A DNA stretch of 64,000 nt from a virus: IMG/VR virus record IMGVR_UViG_3300035698_010612, positions 3,252 through 67,251 of that record, one strand, 5' to 3'. Positions 17,304-27,175 of the stretch are shown here, in pieces. The notes beneath the pieces are model-generated. The model did no database searches. It was not told the DNA's origin and saw nothing but the letters and a program-made list of their open reading frames with translations. The first letter of the stretch is position 1. Every line of letters begins with the position of its first letter. The position numbers were made by a program, and so were the translations under genes.

Positions 17304-18742
17304 AGAAACTGTTTGTATTATTTCTCTTGTGTTGGTTTTGGACAGGTGGTGTCTGGGCGGGGAACTATCTTGAATACAATGCAGAGAATGTTATTCTCGT
17401 AGGCCCATTTCTTGATTATTTAGATGGGGTTACAGCTATTACTGATGTGGCTATATCATCGGGTGTTGGAGCGTGTTCATGGGAGGGTGTTGCCTGTACT
17501 GACATAGCAAATAATACCTGGAGTCATGTTGCTAATGGGTATTATTCACTCACGCTTGATGCAGGGGACGTTAATACTTACGGTCGCCTTCTTGTAAGTT
17601 TCTATGATGTGGATGATTTCGTTCCGGTATGGCATGAATTTACCGTTGTTACAACTAATGTATATGATTCGTTTGGTGGGGATGGGGCAGATAAACTACA
17701 GGTTGATGTAGTGCAGCTTGGGGACAGCACTCAATCGGGAACTGATTTAAAAGACTTCTCCGATGCTGGTTACAACCCTGCAACCGACAAAGTAACAGGT
17801 GTGCTATTAACGGATACTTGCACAGCCAATACAGACCTTGTTAGTGCAGCAGCAGTAGTGAATGAGTGGGAGTCTCAATCGCAAACAGACCCAACAGGAT
17901 TCTACGTTAATGTGCAAGAAGTGGATGATGTACCACAAACAGCTAACGACAACGGGGCTGATATAAACACCATTCTTACCAGTACGGCTGCAATAGATAC
18001 CAGCACTGAACTAAGAACACTACTTGCTGGGTCTGATACGGCATTAGCTACAGCAACGGCACTTGGTACAGCACAAACCGATTTAAATACCCTGACAGGC
18101 TCAGATGGTGCTACACTGGCAACTGCACAGGGGTTATATGCACCTGCGAAGGCTGGTGATGCCATGACACTCTCTGATGATGCAATAACTCTTAGCAAGT
18201 TTGATGAGTCAACAGCATTTCCTTTAGTTGCTTCTGATGCTGGTGCAGCACAAGTAGCAAGGGTGGGAGCTGACAGCGATACCCTTGAAGTCTTGAGTGA
18301 TGAGATAGCCGCACTTGTTGCTAGTCTTGCTACTGTAGATGATATTGCTGATGGCGTATGGGATGAAACAAGTACGGGGCATGTAACGGCTGGGTATGCA
18401 GGAGAGCAATTATGGACTGATGTGGATGCTATATTAGTTGACACAGCTGTTATTGGTGCTTTGGGTGTTGGCTTAACTGCTATTCCTTGGAATAGTGATT
18501 GGGACACAGAGGTTCAGTCTGAATGTGACGATGCTATAACAGCTAATACCTATATTGATATTATTAAACAGTTGGGTTTGGGACGAATGACAATCAACGA
18601 GACTGCCAACACGATGGTCATTTATGATGATGATGATACTGGTGAAGCTGCTCCCGATGGAACACCGTTAGTTACATTTGACCTTAAAGACATTGATGGT
18701 AATGCAGCACACTCAAGCATTTATGAAAGAATACCTGAATAA
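17297..18742 (+). CDS. Signal-peptide Ala/Asp/Thr-rich structural protein (putative fibre)
   Basis: MVKKLFVLFLLCWFWTGGVWA; IADGVWDE repeat; C-terminal TPLVTFDLKD. Confidence 0.65.
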   Translation: MVKKLFVLFLLCWFWTGGVWAGNYLEYNAENVILVGPFLDYLDGVTAITDVAISSGVGACSWEGVACTDIANNTWSHVANGYYSLTLDAGDVNTYGRLLVSFYDVDDFVPVWHEFTVVTTNVYDSFGGDGADKLQVDVVQLGDSTQSGTDLKDFSDAGYNPATDKVTGVLLTDTCTANTDLVSAAAVVNEWESQSQTDPTGFYVNVQEVDDVPQTANDNGADINTILTSTAAIDTSTELRTLLAGSDTALATATALGTAQTDLNTLTGSDGATLATAQGLYAPAKAGDAMTLSDDAITLSKFDESTAFPLVASDAGAAQVARVGADSDTLEVLSDEIAALVASLATVDDIADGVWDETSTGHVTAGYAGEQLWTDVDAILVDTAVIGALGVGLTAIPWNSDWDTEVQSECDDAITANTYIDIIKQLGLGRMTINETANTMVIYDDDDTGEAAPDGTPLVTFDLKDIDGNAAHSSIYERIPE

Positions 18743-18753
18743 AGGAATAGTGA

Positions 18754-19407
18754 ATGATAAAAAAAACAATATTGTTTCTGGCGATAACTCTTTTTCTGAC
18801 AGTGGGAGTGTGCGGAGCGGATACTCTTCTTGCGGGGATTGGCTCAGATACCAGCACATCAACAGGTAATTTCGGTATCTGGAAAGGCGTCCGATACCAG
18901 GCTGCGGCTTCGGGGGATGCCGCTTATTTTGGTATTTACTGCAAAACCTATGCGGGGGACAGGACGGATGATGACATAGGTTTTGCTGTTTATTCTGATG
19001 ATGGGGGGGATCCACCTTCTCCGAGTGCTTTAATGTTTCATGGATGTCTTGAAAATTATGACTGGACGGCTCAAGGGACAGGAGTGTTTCATGATATTAC
19101 TGTGGGGACTGTTGTAACAACTCGCACTATAACATCGGGTAGTTATTACTGGATATTTTATGGCGATTCTGTGGGAACTGATGGCGATGATTGTGTGTGG
19201 ACAGGGCGGTATAATGCGTCGAGCTGTTCTGATTTATCTTATAAGATGGGTTCTAATAATTGTGCTACCTTTTGCGTTCCCCCTACTGTTCTTCAAATGA
19301 CCACCAGATATAATGGTGATCCATTGTGCTGTGAGGGGTATGAGTGTAGTGGCAATTATACGTTCGGACTATGGAACACCAATGAAACAATCATGATTCT
19401 TAAATGA
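18754..19407 (+). CDS. Signal-peptide Cys-rich beta-sandwich protein
   Basis: MIKKTILFLAITLFLTVGVCGA; AVYSDDGG..P, ITSGSYYW. Confidence 0.65.
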   Translation: MIKKTILFLAITLFLTVGVCGADTLLAGIGSDTSTSTGNFGIWKGVRYQAAASGDAAYFGIYCKTYAGDRTDDDIGFAVYSDDGGDPPSPSALMFHGCLENYDWTAQGTGVFHDITVGTVVTTRTITSGSYYWIFYGDSVGTDGDDCVWTGRYNASSCSDLSYKMGSNNCATFCVPPTVLQMTTRYNGDPLCCEGYECSGNYTFGLWNTNETIMILK

Positions 19408-19414
19408 GGGATTT

Positions 19415-21208
19415 ATGAGTCCAGACATCCCAACCGGGGGCTACCCCGGAGGGAATATTCCAACAGGCGGATTTGGTGGGAAGGTAATTGAATTTTCGAC
19501 AACCATCAATATCCAAACAAGCACGTCCGATGTGCTGCTGGGTTTTATATTAGAGCTGTCTTCGGCTATTTCTGCCGTAACCGACGCATCAAATATTAAC
19601 CTTAATTCTCTAAGAGAAATATCGTCAACAATTAGCAATCAAACAGCCACATCGTCTTGCCAGCTTAATGTTTTACGGGAACTGTCGGCTGCTATCAGCA
19701 CTCAGACAAGCACAAGCGAAATAGAATTAGTCGGAGCGTGGCTTTTGGAATTTGCAACGACTATTAATGCTGCTACCTCAACAACTCCTGGGCTGTTAAG
19801 TGTCGTGCGGGAAATATCCTCTGCTCTGGCGGCTCAAGCTTCTGCATCATCAGCAAGCATTAACGTGGTTAGGTCGGTTGATTCTACTGCGTCGGTTGTT
19901 TCGAGTGCATCTTCGGTGGATGGGAACATTCTAAGAAACTTATCATCAAGTGCTTCTGTTGAAACATCCACCTCGATTGCTCAGATGCAGGCGTTACGAG
20001 GACTAACATCAACTGCCGATTGTTCAAGCAGCTTGTCATCACCACAGGTTGAGGTTTCAAGAGAGCTTTCTGCTACCGTTAGCACCCAGACAAGCACAAG
20101 CGAAATAGCAATAAACACAGCAGAACTTATAGATTTTGCAGCTACTATCAATGCCGCTATCTCAACATCGGCTGCGGCGTTGAGTGCAGTCCGGGAAATG
20201 TCAGCAACATTAAGTCCTGCAACAAATGCAGCGGGGAGCCTTAATGTCTTAAGGCCTTTGTCATCTACCATCAATGTTGCCTCCGACGCTGCGAGTATAG
20301 ACACAAGCATATTAAGGTTGATCTCGCTTACCTCTGCCTGGCAAACATCGACCTCGGACATCACGCTGACTATCGGGGCGGTGCCAATAGAATTGTCAGC
20401 TATTATTAATGCTGTAACTTCTTTATCTAACATTCAGTGTAATGTGGTGCGGGAAATATCCGGTATTGCCGCGATTCAATCATCCGTCAGCGATATCACA
20501 CTGGCACGGCTGCTACCGGTATCTGCAACAATAAACGGCCAGACCAGCACGGCCACAGCAGACATTTTAATTAGCAGATTACTTTCAGCAGCGATTAACG
20601 GGCAGGCATCAACTGCCAGTGTCCAGGCTAATATCTTAAGGGAATTATCAGCTACTTCGGCATGGTCAACTCTGACATCGGCAATAACTTTGCTAGTTGA
20701 AACTGCCGGAGTGATTGAGTTTTCAGCCCTGATTAATGCTGTTACTTCGACTTCAAGTATTAATGTTGCGGTGTTAAGAGAGCTATCCGCCACAATTGAC
20801 AATGTTATTAGTACCGCAAGCAGTGTTTTAGCTATATTGAGAGAGGTATCCGCCACAGCGGGTGTCCAAACCCTTACGTCTCAAATTGAATTATTAGTTT
20901 ATGACCTGATAAGTTTTTCTACTACCATTAATGCGGTTACAAGTACGACAAGCCCGGAGATGTTGGTAACAAGGCTGTTGTCTGCTACGGCTCCAATCGT
21001 AACCCAAACGGCTGATATTGATGTTCTGATTCTGAGACTATTGAGCTCAACCGTTGTGGCCAATTCTGCTCTTGCTGATATTGCTTTAAGCATCTTGGGG
21101 CTAGAGCCATGTTTTGTTAAAGACATTTCAAACACAGAGCTACATAGCATGGTTCTTAGGAATAGTGAACCTTACAGCATAACGATTAGCAATCAAGACA
21201 GTGGCTAA
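19415..21208 (+). CDS. Ser/Thr/Ala-rich repeat protein (~19-aa repeats), putative fibre shaft
   Basis: Recurrent (R)ELSA.I...TSTS units along ~560 aa. Confidence 0.7.
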   Translation: MSPDIPTGGYPGGNIPTGGFGGKVIEFSTTINIQTSTSDVLLGFILELSSAISAVTDASNINLNSLREISSTISNQTATSSCQLNVLRELSAAISTQTSTSEIELVGAWLLEFATTINAATSTTPGLLSVVREISSALAAQASASSASINVVRSVDSTASVVSSASSVDGNILRNLSSSASVETSTSIAQMQALRGLTSTADCSSSLSSPQVEVSRELSATVSTQTSTSEIAINTAELIDFAATINAAISTSAAALSAVREMSATLSPATNAAGSLNVLRPLSSTINVASDAASIDTSILRLISLTSAWQTSTSDITLTIGAVPIELSAIINAVTSLSNIQCNVVREISGIAAIQSSVSDITLARLLPVSATINGQTSTATADILISRLLSAAINGQASTASVQANILRELSATSAWSTLTSAITLLVETAGVIEFSALINAVTSTSSINVAVLRELSATIDNVISTASSVLAILREVSATAGVQTLTSQIELLVYDLISFSTTINAVTSTTSPEMLVTRLLSATAPIVTQTADIDVLILRLLSSTVVANSALADIALSILGLEPCFVKDISNTELHSMVLRNSEPYSITISNQDSG

Positions 21209-21235
21209 ATAAAAGACACCACAGACTTTTAACTA

Positions 21236-21270
21236 AGCCCTTCGAGACGAAACTCTCAGGGGTTTTTTTT
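21236..21270 (+). terminator. Terminator-like hairpin
   Basis: AGCCCTTCGAG-ACGAAA-CTCTCAGGGGT followed by T-run. Confidence 0.5.
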
Positions 21271-21286
21271 ATGGGAGGAACAGAAA

Positions 21287-22060
21287 ATGGGATCACTTAG
21301 CGATTTTTTAGAAAATGAATTGTTAGATCATGTGCTGCAAGTCGGGTCGTACTCACCACCCACGATTTATGTGGCATTGTCAACAGCCGACCCCACCGAT
21401 GATGCGTCTGGAATTGCCGAACCGTCTGGCAATGGATACGCCAGGAAAGCTCATTCTGCATGGGATGCGGCAGCAAGCAGACTTACCGAGAATACAGGAG
21501 TAGTAACGTTTGATGCAGCCAGTGGAGCGTGGGGGACAATTACCCATTATGCCATTTACGATGCTTCAACTGCTGGCAACATGCTTGCTCATGGATCGCT
21601 TTCGGTTGAAAAAGATATTGTTAATGGCAACACAGCAAGCATAGCCGACGGGGAAATTGAGATCTCCTTTAGTGCTGGAGCAATCTTTACCACCCTTGCT
21701 AATGCTTTGCTGGATCATGTATTTGGGAATGGTGCTTATAGTGTGCCGGACGTTCACGTTGCCCTTTCAACAACCATCCCAACAGACGGCGGGCCGAATA
21801 TAACCGAACCATCTGGTAGTAATTATGCGAGAGTTGATGTTTCGGCGTGGGATGCTGCGGCTGCTGGTGCAACTGAAAATACAGGAGCGGTCAATTTCCC
21901 CACTCCATCAGGATCTTGGGGAGCTTGTGTCTATGTTGTCATTTGTGATGCTCTTACCGGAACAGACTATCTTTTTTATGGGGATATAACCGACCAGACA
22001 CCGGATAACGGCGACACTGTAAGGTTTAATGCCGGGGAACTAGACATTACTCTTACTTAG
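21287..22060 (+). CDS. Virion structural protein with two tandem copies of a fibre-associated domain
   Basis: LENELLDHV..YVALST.DP...EPSG.GYAR...WGTITH repeated twice. Confidence 0.7.
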   Translation: MGSLSDFLENELLDHVLQVGSYSPPTIYVALSTADPTDDASGIAEPSGNGYARKAHSAWDAAASRLTENTGVVTFDAASGAWGTITHYAIYDASTAGNMLAHGSLSVEKDIVNGNTASIADGEIEISFSAGAIFTTLANALLDHVFGNGAYSVPDVHVALSTTIPTDGGPNITEPSGSNYARVDVSAWDAAAAGATENTGAVNFPTPSGSWGACVYVVICDALTGTDYLFYGDITDQTPDNGDTVRFNAGELDITLT

Positions 22061-22071
22061 GGGAATGCAAG

Positions 22072-22362
22072 ATGGACACATACAAAGCAGGAACAACCGT
22101 TAAAATAACAGCTACAATTAAAGATGCAGACGGAGAGCTTCTTGACCCTGATTCATTTGTCGTAACAGTCCAGGAAAATGATTCAGACACGCCAGTTGTT
22201 GATGAAGCAGCTATGATAAAGGATTCGACAGGTGTGTATTATTATAACTATCAGAGCTTAACGACTACTCCGGCTGGAAGATATAATGAAATAGTGAAAA
22301 TAGTTAAGGATGGCTATACGTCAATTAAAGAAGCAATCGGTGCGTTCAGCCTAAAAAGCTAA
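22072..22362 (+). CDS. Small Ig-like/BppU-like adaptor protein
   Basis: GTTVKITATIKDADG.L.DP...STGVYYY. Confidence 0.55.
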   Translation: MDTYKAGTTVKITATIKDADGELLDPDSFVVTVQENDSDTPVVDEAAMIKDSTGVYYYNYQSLTTTPAGRYNEIVKIVKDGYTSIKEAIGAFSLKS

Positions 22363-22376
22363 TGGGAGGACTTGCA

Positions 22377-23942
22377 ATGGGAAATAAATCTATTATCGGC
22401 ATGGTCAATGCCTGTATTGAGGCAAACGCAGAGCGAAGAAAATTTGAAGGCGATGATTATCAGGTAGTGCCCGCAATCGCCTTAAAAGAAGGGGTTCACA
22501 GCGGATCGGCGGGTGCTGCATATTATCCAGGGGCAGAGATAAGCAAATTTGCAGAAGCATGGAACGGTGTCCCATTGCCCGTTCTACATCCTATAGATGC
22601 TAATGGTAATTATGTATCCTGCAATACCCCGGAGACGATTGAAAAACAATCAGTAGGGCGTTTTTTTAATGTTCACTGTGAAGACGGTAAACTTAAAGGT
22701 GAACTCTGGATTAACATTGAAAAAGCGAAAAAGATATCCCCTGCTGTTCTTGATATTTTGAGCAGCGGTCAAATGCTTGAAGTATCGACATCGTTCTTCT
22801 CCGACCAGGACATGACAAGCGGTGATTGGAATGGTGAGAATTATGAAATGGTAATAAGGAACATCCGGCCCGATCACTTAGCTCTTTTGCCCGGAGGACA
22901 GGGTGCTTGCTCGGTGAAAGACGGATGTGGAGCTCCAAGAGTAAATGCGGAAGGAGGTGAACCAATGGAAGGGAAAGACAAGTCAGTCGGGAAAGTAAGA
23001 GCCCTGCTGACACAGTTTGTGAAAGGTCTTGGATTAACGGTTCAAGAAGTAAGTCACGAAGAAACTAGAGATCAAATCCAGAAAGTGCTTGATGGATATG
23101 ATACAAAAGAAACGGTTGATATGCCGATCTCTCATTTTGTGAGGGAAGTGTATGCCGACCATTTCATTTATGAACAATATGACCAAGAGGGCGGAAAGCT
23201 GTTTAAGCTCTCTTACACTACCAGCGGTGACGGCACCGTTAAACTAGGGAAGAAACCTGCCGAGGTCAGGCAAGAAACGGAATATGTAGCAGTTAAATCT
23301 AACACTTCTAAGGGAGGTGAAAGTAACATGGAGAAAATAAAAGAAATGGCAACAGCGTTAATTGCCAACGAGCAAAGCTCTCTTGTTGAAGTAGACAGGG
23401 AGTTTTTAGAAGGGTTGACCGAGGAACAACTCACTAAACTGGAGCCGAAGGTAAACGAAGTCAAACATCCCGACGAAAAGGATGTCGCGGCTTTGATTGC
23501 TTTGGAAACCTCACCGTTTGAGGATAAGGATAAAGGTCTGCTTTCTGGTTTGAACATCTGCCAGTTCACCGAATTGGTAGAAAAGTATCCGCCGGAAAAG
23601 AAGAAGGAGGAACCGAAGGTGAACGAGGAAGAAAAACCCGTCACCGTTGACTCATACATTGAGAAAGCACCTGCAGAGATTCAGGATGTGCTTGCCAATG
23701 GAGTGAAGATGCAGAACGAGCAGAAAGATGTGATCATCAAAGGCTTGCTTGCTAACAAGAGAAACACCTTCACCGAGGACCAGCTCAAAGCCAAGAAGAT
23801 TGATGAGCTTCAAGCACTGGCAAAACTCGCCCAAGTGGATGTGGATTACAGCGGGAACGGCGGAAGTGCAAACACGGTACTTGACAACGGAGAGCCTTTG
23901 GTAGCTCCCACCATGAACGAGTATCAGGAAGGCTTGAAGTAG
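22377..23942 (+). CDS. Prohead protease-scaffold (DUF2213-like)
   Basis: WNGVPLPVLHP, EVSTS, PDHLALLP..GACS..DGCG; acidic helical C-terminal region. Confidence 0.8.
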   Translation: MGNKSIIGMVNACIEANAERRKFEGDDYQVVPAIALKEGVHSGSAGAAYYPGAEISKFAEAWNGVPLPVLHPIDANGNYVSCNTPETIEKQSVGRFFNVHCEDGKLKGELWINIEKAKKISPAVLDILSSGQMLEVSTSFFSDQDMTSGDWNGENYEMVIRNIRPDHLALLPGGQGACSVKDGCGAPRVNAEGGEPMEGKDKSVGKVRALLTQFVKGLGLTVQEVSHEETRDQIQKVLDGYDTKETVDMPISHFVREVYADHFIYEQYDQEGGKLFKLSYTTSGDGTVKLGKKPAEVRQETEYVAVKSNTSKGGESNMEKIKEMATALIANEQSSLVEVDREFLEGLTEEQLTKLEPKVNEVKHPDEKDVAALIALETSPFEDKDKGLLSGLNICQFTELVEKYPPEKKKEEPKVNEEEKPVTVDSYIEKAPAEIQDVLANGVKMQNEQKDVIIKGLLANKRNTFTEDQLKAKKIDELQALAKLAQVDVDYSGNGGSANTVLDNGEPLVAPTMNEYQEGLK

Positions 23943-24036
23943 TTTTCAATAAGTAACAAACCTATCAACAAAACCTGCGGTCTTAAATGACTGTCAGGTT
24001 TTTTTATTTCCAATCATTTAAGGAGGTGAATGAACA

Positions 24037-24489
24037 ATGGGTGCAGAAAACACAATTGTAATTAAAGGAACAGGTTTAAGAAGGGAAAGAGTCGCAAACG
24101 CTGCAATCACTCCGGGGCATTTGGTGGAAGTTATGACATCGGGCAACCTTCGAGTCCATGCAACGGCAGGCGGGATTGCACAAGCCGCTTTCGCTATTGA
24201 GGATGAGTTGCAGGGAAACCCCATCTCAACTGATTATGCTACCGATGCGGTAGTGCAGTATAACATTTTTGAGAAAGGGGATGTAGTAAATGCCCTTATC
24301 GCCAACGGTGAGAACATTGCTATCGGGAACTATCTGGTGTCTGCTGGTGATGGGACGTTGGAGCTAATGAGAGTCGATAGTAGTGCAGAAATTACCGAGC
24401 AATACCCGGTAGCAATTGCACTTGAGGATTGTGACATGAGCGATTCATCGGCCGTCGATGATCCAAGATGCCACGCGGAAATACTGTAA
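24037..24489 (+). CDS. Capsid decoration/cement protein
   Basis: Between scaffold and MCP; ITPGHLV, LVSAGDGTL. Confidence 0.7.
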   Translation: MGAENTIVIKGTGLRRERVANAAITPGHLVEVMTSGNLRVHATAGGIAQAAFAIEDELQGNPISTDYATDAVVQYNIFEKGDVVNALIANGENIAIGNYLVSAGDGTLELMRVDSSAEITEQYPVAIALEDCDMSDSSAVDDPRCHAEIL

Positions 24490-24573
24490 CGTAAACCAAA
24501 ACTAAAAAACTTATTAACCAACCTGGGATCGTAATGATTGCCAGGTTTTTTATTTTAGGAGGTGAATCAAATC

Positions 24574-25644
24574 ATGAATATAGCACAAGTTGATGGAATA
24601 CACAGAGGACAGGCGTTTGGATCTGTTGCTGAAAGGCTGCTTGCTAACGGCATGGATACTAACGCTTTAAGACCTTGGGTTGAAGATGACCCGACCCGCT
24701 CTGATTTCGGTAAGTCATTTATTACTGCAAACGGGAAACGGGTTCCGATTGCCAACGACACGCTGCTGCGGAAGGACGAATGGAAGCAGTATGACACCGT
24801 GGCAATCAAAACAGCACAAAGCAGGCTTATCGGTATTAATGACCTGATTCAAAGGGGTTTAACCTACAACATCTCGAATGGTTTGGGAAAAACCGTTTTA
24901 GAATACGAGGACATTTCTGACATCACGGCAGCCGAAACTTCAATGGACGCTGTGGCCGACACCAAGAAAGACCGCCCGAAATACGGAATCAACTACTTGC
25001 CCTTACCGATCACGCACAAAGATTTTCAGATCAATTTAAGGGTACTTTCAGCATCCCGTACAACCGGAATGCCACTTGATACCACGCTTGTCGAGTTTGC
25101 ATCGAGGAAGGTAGCGGAACGGCTTGAAGCGATGCTGTTCACCGATATCACTTATACCTTTGGCGGAGGGACAATCTACAGTTACATCAATGCACCTGAC
25201 CGTAACACAGGAAATTTAACCGCTTGCTGGGATGATGAAAGCGATGCCGGTGGTGAACATATCCTGGAAGATGTCAGAGCCATGAAACAGGCTTCGATTG
25301 ATGCCATGCATTACGGGCCTTGGGTGCTTTATGTCGCAACCAATTTTGAGACGGCTCTTGACGCTGATTTCAAAGCCGCATCGGATAAAACCGTCCGGCA
25401 GAGAATCTTAGAAATCGGCGGGATTACCGATGTCAAAGTAGCGGATACCCTAACGGCTGATAATGTGGTTCTGGTTCAGATGACCGCAGATGTTGTCAGG
25501 TTAGTTGTGGGGATGCCTATTTCTACCGTTCAATGGGACGAAAAGGGTGGTCTTATCAGCAACTATAAGGTGATGACTATTCAGGTTCCACAGATCAGGC
25601 AAGATCAGGCTGGGAATAGTGGGATCACCCATTATTGTTGTTAA
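24574..25644 (+). CDS. Major capsid protein (HK97 fold, encapsulin/Linocin-related type)
   Basis: LRKDEWK, PLPITHKDF, YGPWVLY; position and strong AGGAGGTG SD. Confidence 0.85.
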   Translation: MNIAQVDGIHRGQAFGSVAERLLANGMDTNALRPWVEDDPTRSDFGKSFITANGKRVPIANDTLLRKDEWKQYDTVAIKTAQSRLIGINDLIQRGLTYNISNGLGKTVLEYEDISDITAAETSMDAVADTKKDRPKYGINYLPLPITHKDFQINLRVLSASRTTGMPLDTTLVEFASRKVAERLEAMLFTDITYTFGGGTIYSYINAPDRNTGNLTACWDDESDAGGEHILEDVRAMKQASIDAMHYGPWVLYVATNFETALDADFKAASDKTVRQRILEIGGITDVKVADTLTADNVVLVQMTADVVRLVVGMPISTVQWDEKGGLISNYKVMTIQVPQIRQDQAGNSGITHYCC

Positions 25645-25708
25645 ACCTTAACAGACAAACCTAAAGGGGAGTGAGTTTTTACTTGCTCCCCTATTTTATG
25701 GAGGATTT

Positions 25709-26068
25709 ATGGCTAAGTACATTATCACCGGAGGCCCTCATTACAAACGAGGCTTTGACGGTAAATGGAAACGATATGTCAAAGACGACACTATTGACCT
25801 GTCTGATTTACATGCACAGAGCATCATGGACAAACTGAAACGGGTAAGTCCAAAAGAACCGATCGAGCAAGACATACCGGAGAAGAAAGAGAAACAATAT
25901 GTATCTGACACCCAGGAATCGCCAGACAAACCGGAAGAAAATCGGGGGTTGAAAGCAGTTCATAAAGGTGCTGGTAGATACGATGTTGTAAACGAAAAAT
26001 CCGGCAAGAAACTAAACGAAAAATCCCTTTCGAAAGACGAAGCGAATGCCCTGCTGGACAATTCCTAA
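25709..26068 (+). CDS. Hypothetical head-associated protein
   Basis: After MCP; HKGAGRYDV...LSKDEA motif. Confidence 0.6.
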   Translation: MAKYIITGGPHYKRGFDGKWKRYVKDDTIDLSDLHAQSIMDKLKRVSPKEPIEQDIPEKKEKQYVSDTQESPDKPEENRGLKAVHKGAGRYDVVNEKSGKKLNEKSLSKDEANALLDNS

Positions 26069-26645
26069 GATTTGGGACGGTGACACCGCCTACATCCTTG
26101 GTGGTGGCCCTAGCCTTAACGATTGCAACCTTAACTTGATAAAAGATAAGCATGTGATCGGCGTGAACAATGCTTATCTCATGGGGCAATGGGTTGACAT
26201 CTGTTGGTTTGGTGATTGCCGTTGGTGGGATTGGCACAAGGACGAGTTAAGGAAATTCGGCGGGTTAGTTGCAACGTGCTGCGTCCGGTTACTGGATAAA
26301 GGCTTGCCGTTGAAAATATGTCAACGGGGCAAACCGCAAGGCATTGAGAAGAGACAAAACAGGATCGCATGGAACAGTAATTCGGGTGGGAGTGCTGTAA
26401 ACTTTGCTTACCACTTAGGAGCAAAGCGGGTTGTGCTTTTAGGATATGACATGAGGCGGGTTAATGACCAGGCTAACTGGCACAACAACCATCCGGCTCC
26501 ACAAAAGAATCCTTACTGACGCTTTATCAAGCGGTTCAGTCGAATCGCCAGAGATGCCCTTATCTTAAACTTGGAGATAATAAATGCAACGCCTGGTAGT
26601 GCATTGACCTTTTTCCCTATTCAAAAGTTGGAGGATTTAGTTTGA
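26046..26645 (+). CDS. DUF115/MptE-like (glycosyltransferase-related) protein with in-frame TGA at 26517-26519
   Basis: ILGGGPSL, NSG..A.N.AYHLGA..V.LLGYDM; frame continues 41 aa past TGA with IINATPGSAL motif to a TTGA overlap with the next gene. Confidence 0.7.
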
Positions 26646-27175
26646 ACACAGAACCGGAAGAATGGGTAATTTTAGACAAGCTAACCGACATTATCTTAAC
26701 ACATTGTAAGGGCTGTATTGTAGAGATCGGGATGGGAACATCAACTCCGATGTTTGTCAAACACGCCAAGCATTTCGGGGTTGTTCTTTACAGTTGCGAC
26801 ATAGATGAAGAGAAACTGCGGATAGCCCTGAGAAGTGCAAGAAAAATACGGCACAATGTTTTTCATGGGACATCAATAGACTTCATGGAACAGCTTGACG
26901 TTAATCCCGCCGTTGTTTTCATTGACGGCTTACATGAAAGCCATACTGTTTTCAAAGAAGTCGATTTCTTTTTACCAAGGCTTTTACCGGGCGGGGTTAT
27001 CTTTTTACATGATACGTTACCGCCCTGTACTTTATATAAAGACCCTGATTATTGCGGGGATGTGTATAAGGTTCGCAGACATTTTGAAGGGAGTAAGGAC
27101 ATTCAATGTTTTACTTTCCCTTATACCGCAAAAAATTGCGGGCTCACCATGTTAATGAAAAATAATGGATATTAA
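26642..27175 (+). CDS. Class I SAM methyltransferase (Methyltransf_24-like)
   Basis: IVEIG, FIDGLH, LPGGVIFLHD. Confidence 0.85.
   Translation: MNTEPEEWVILDKLTDIILTHCKGCIVEIGMGTSTPMFVKHAKHFGVVLYSCDIDEEKLRIALRSARKIRHNVFHGTSIDFMEQLDVNPAVVFIDGLHESHTVFKEVDFFLPRLLPGGVIFLHDTLPPCTLYKDPDYCGDVYKVRRHFEGSKDIQCFTFPYTAKNCGLTMLMKNNGY

Noticed and set aside
17902-21150. Long minus-strand ORFs opposite structural genes
   Set aside because: Shadow frames of Ala/Ser/Thr-rich genes with no SD or recognisable motifs
24574-25644. Encapsulin nanocompartment
   Set aside because: Context of portal, protease and tail genes indicates a phage capsid protein
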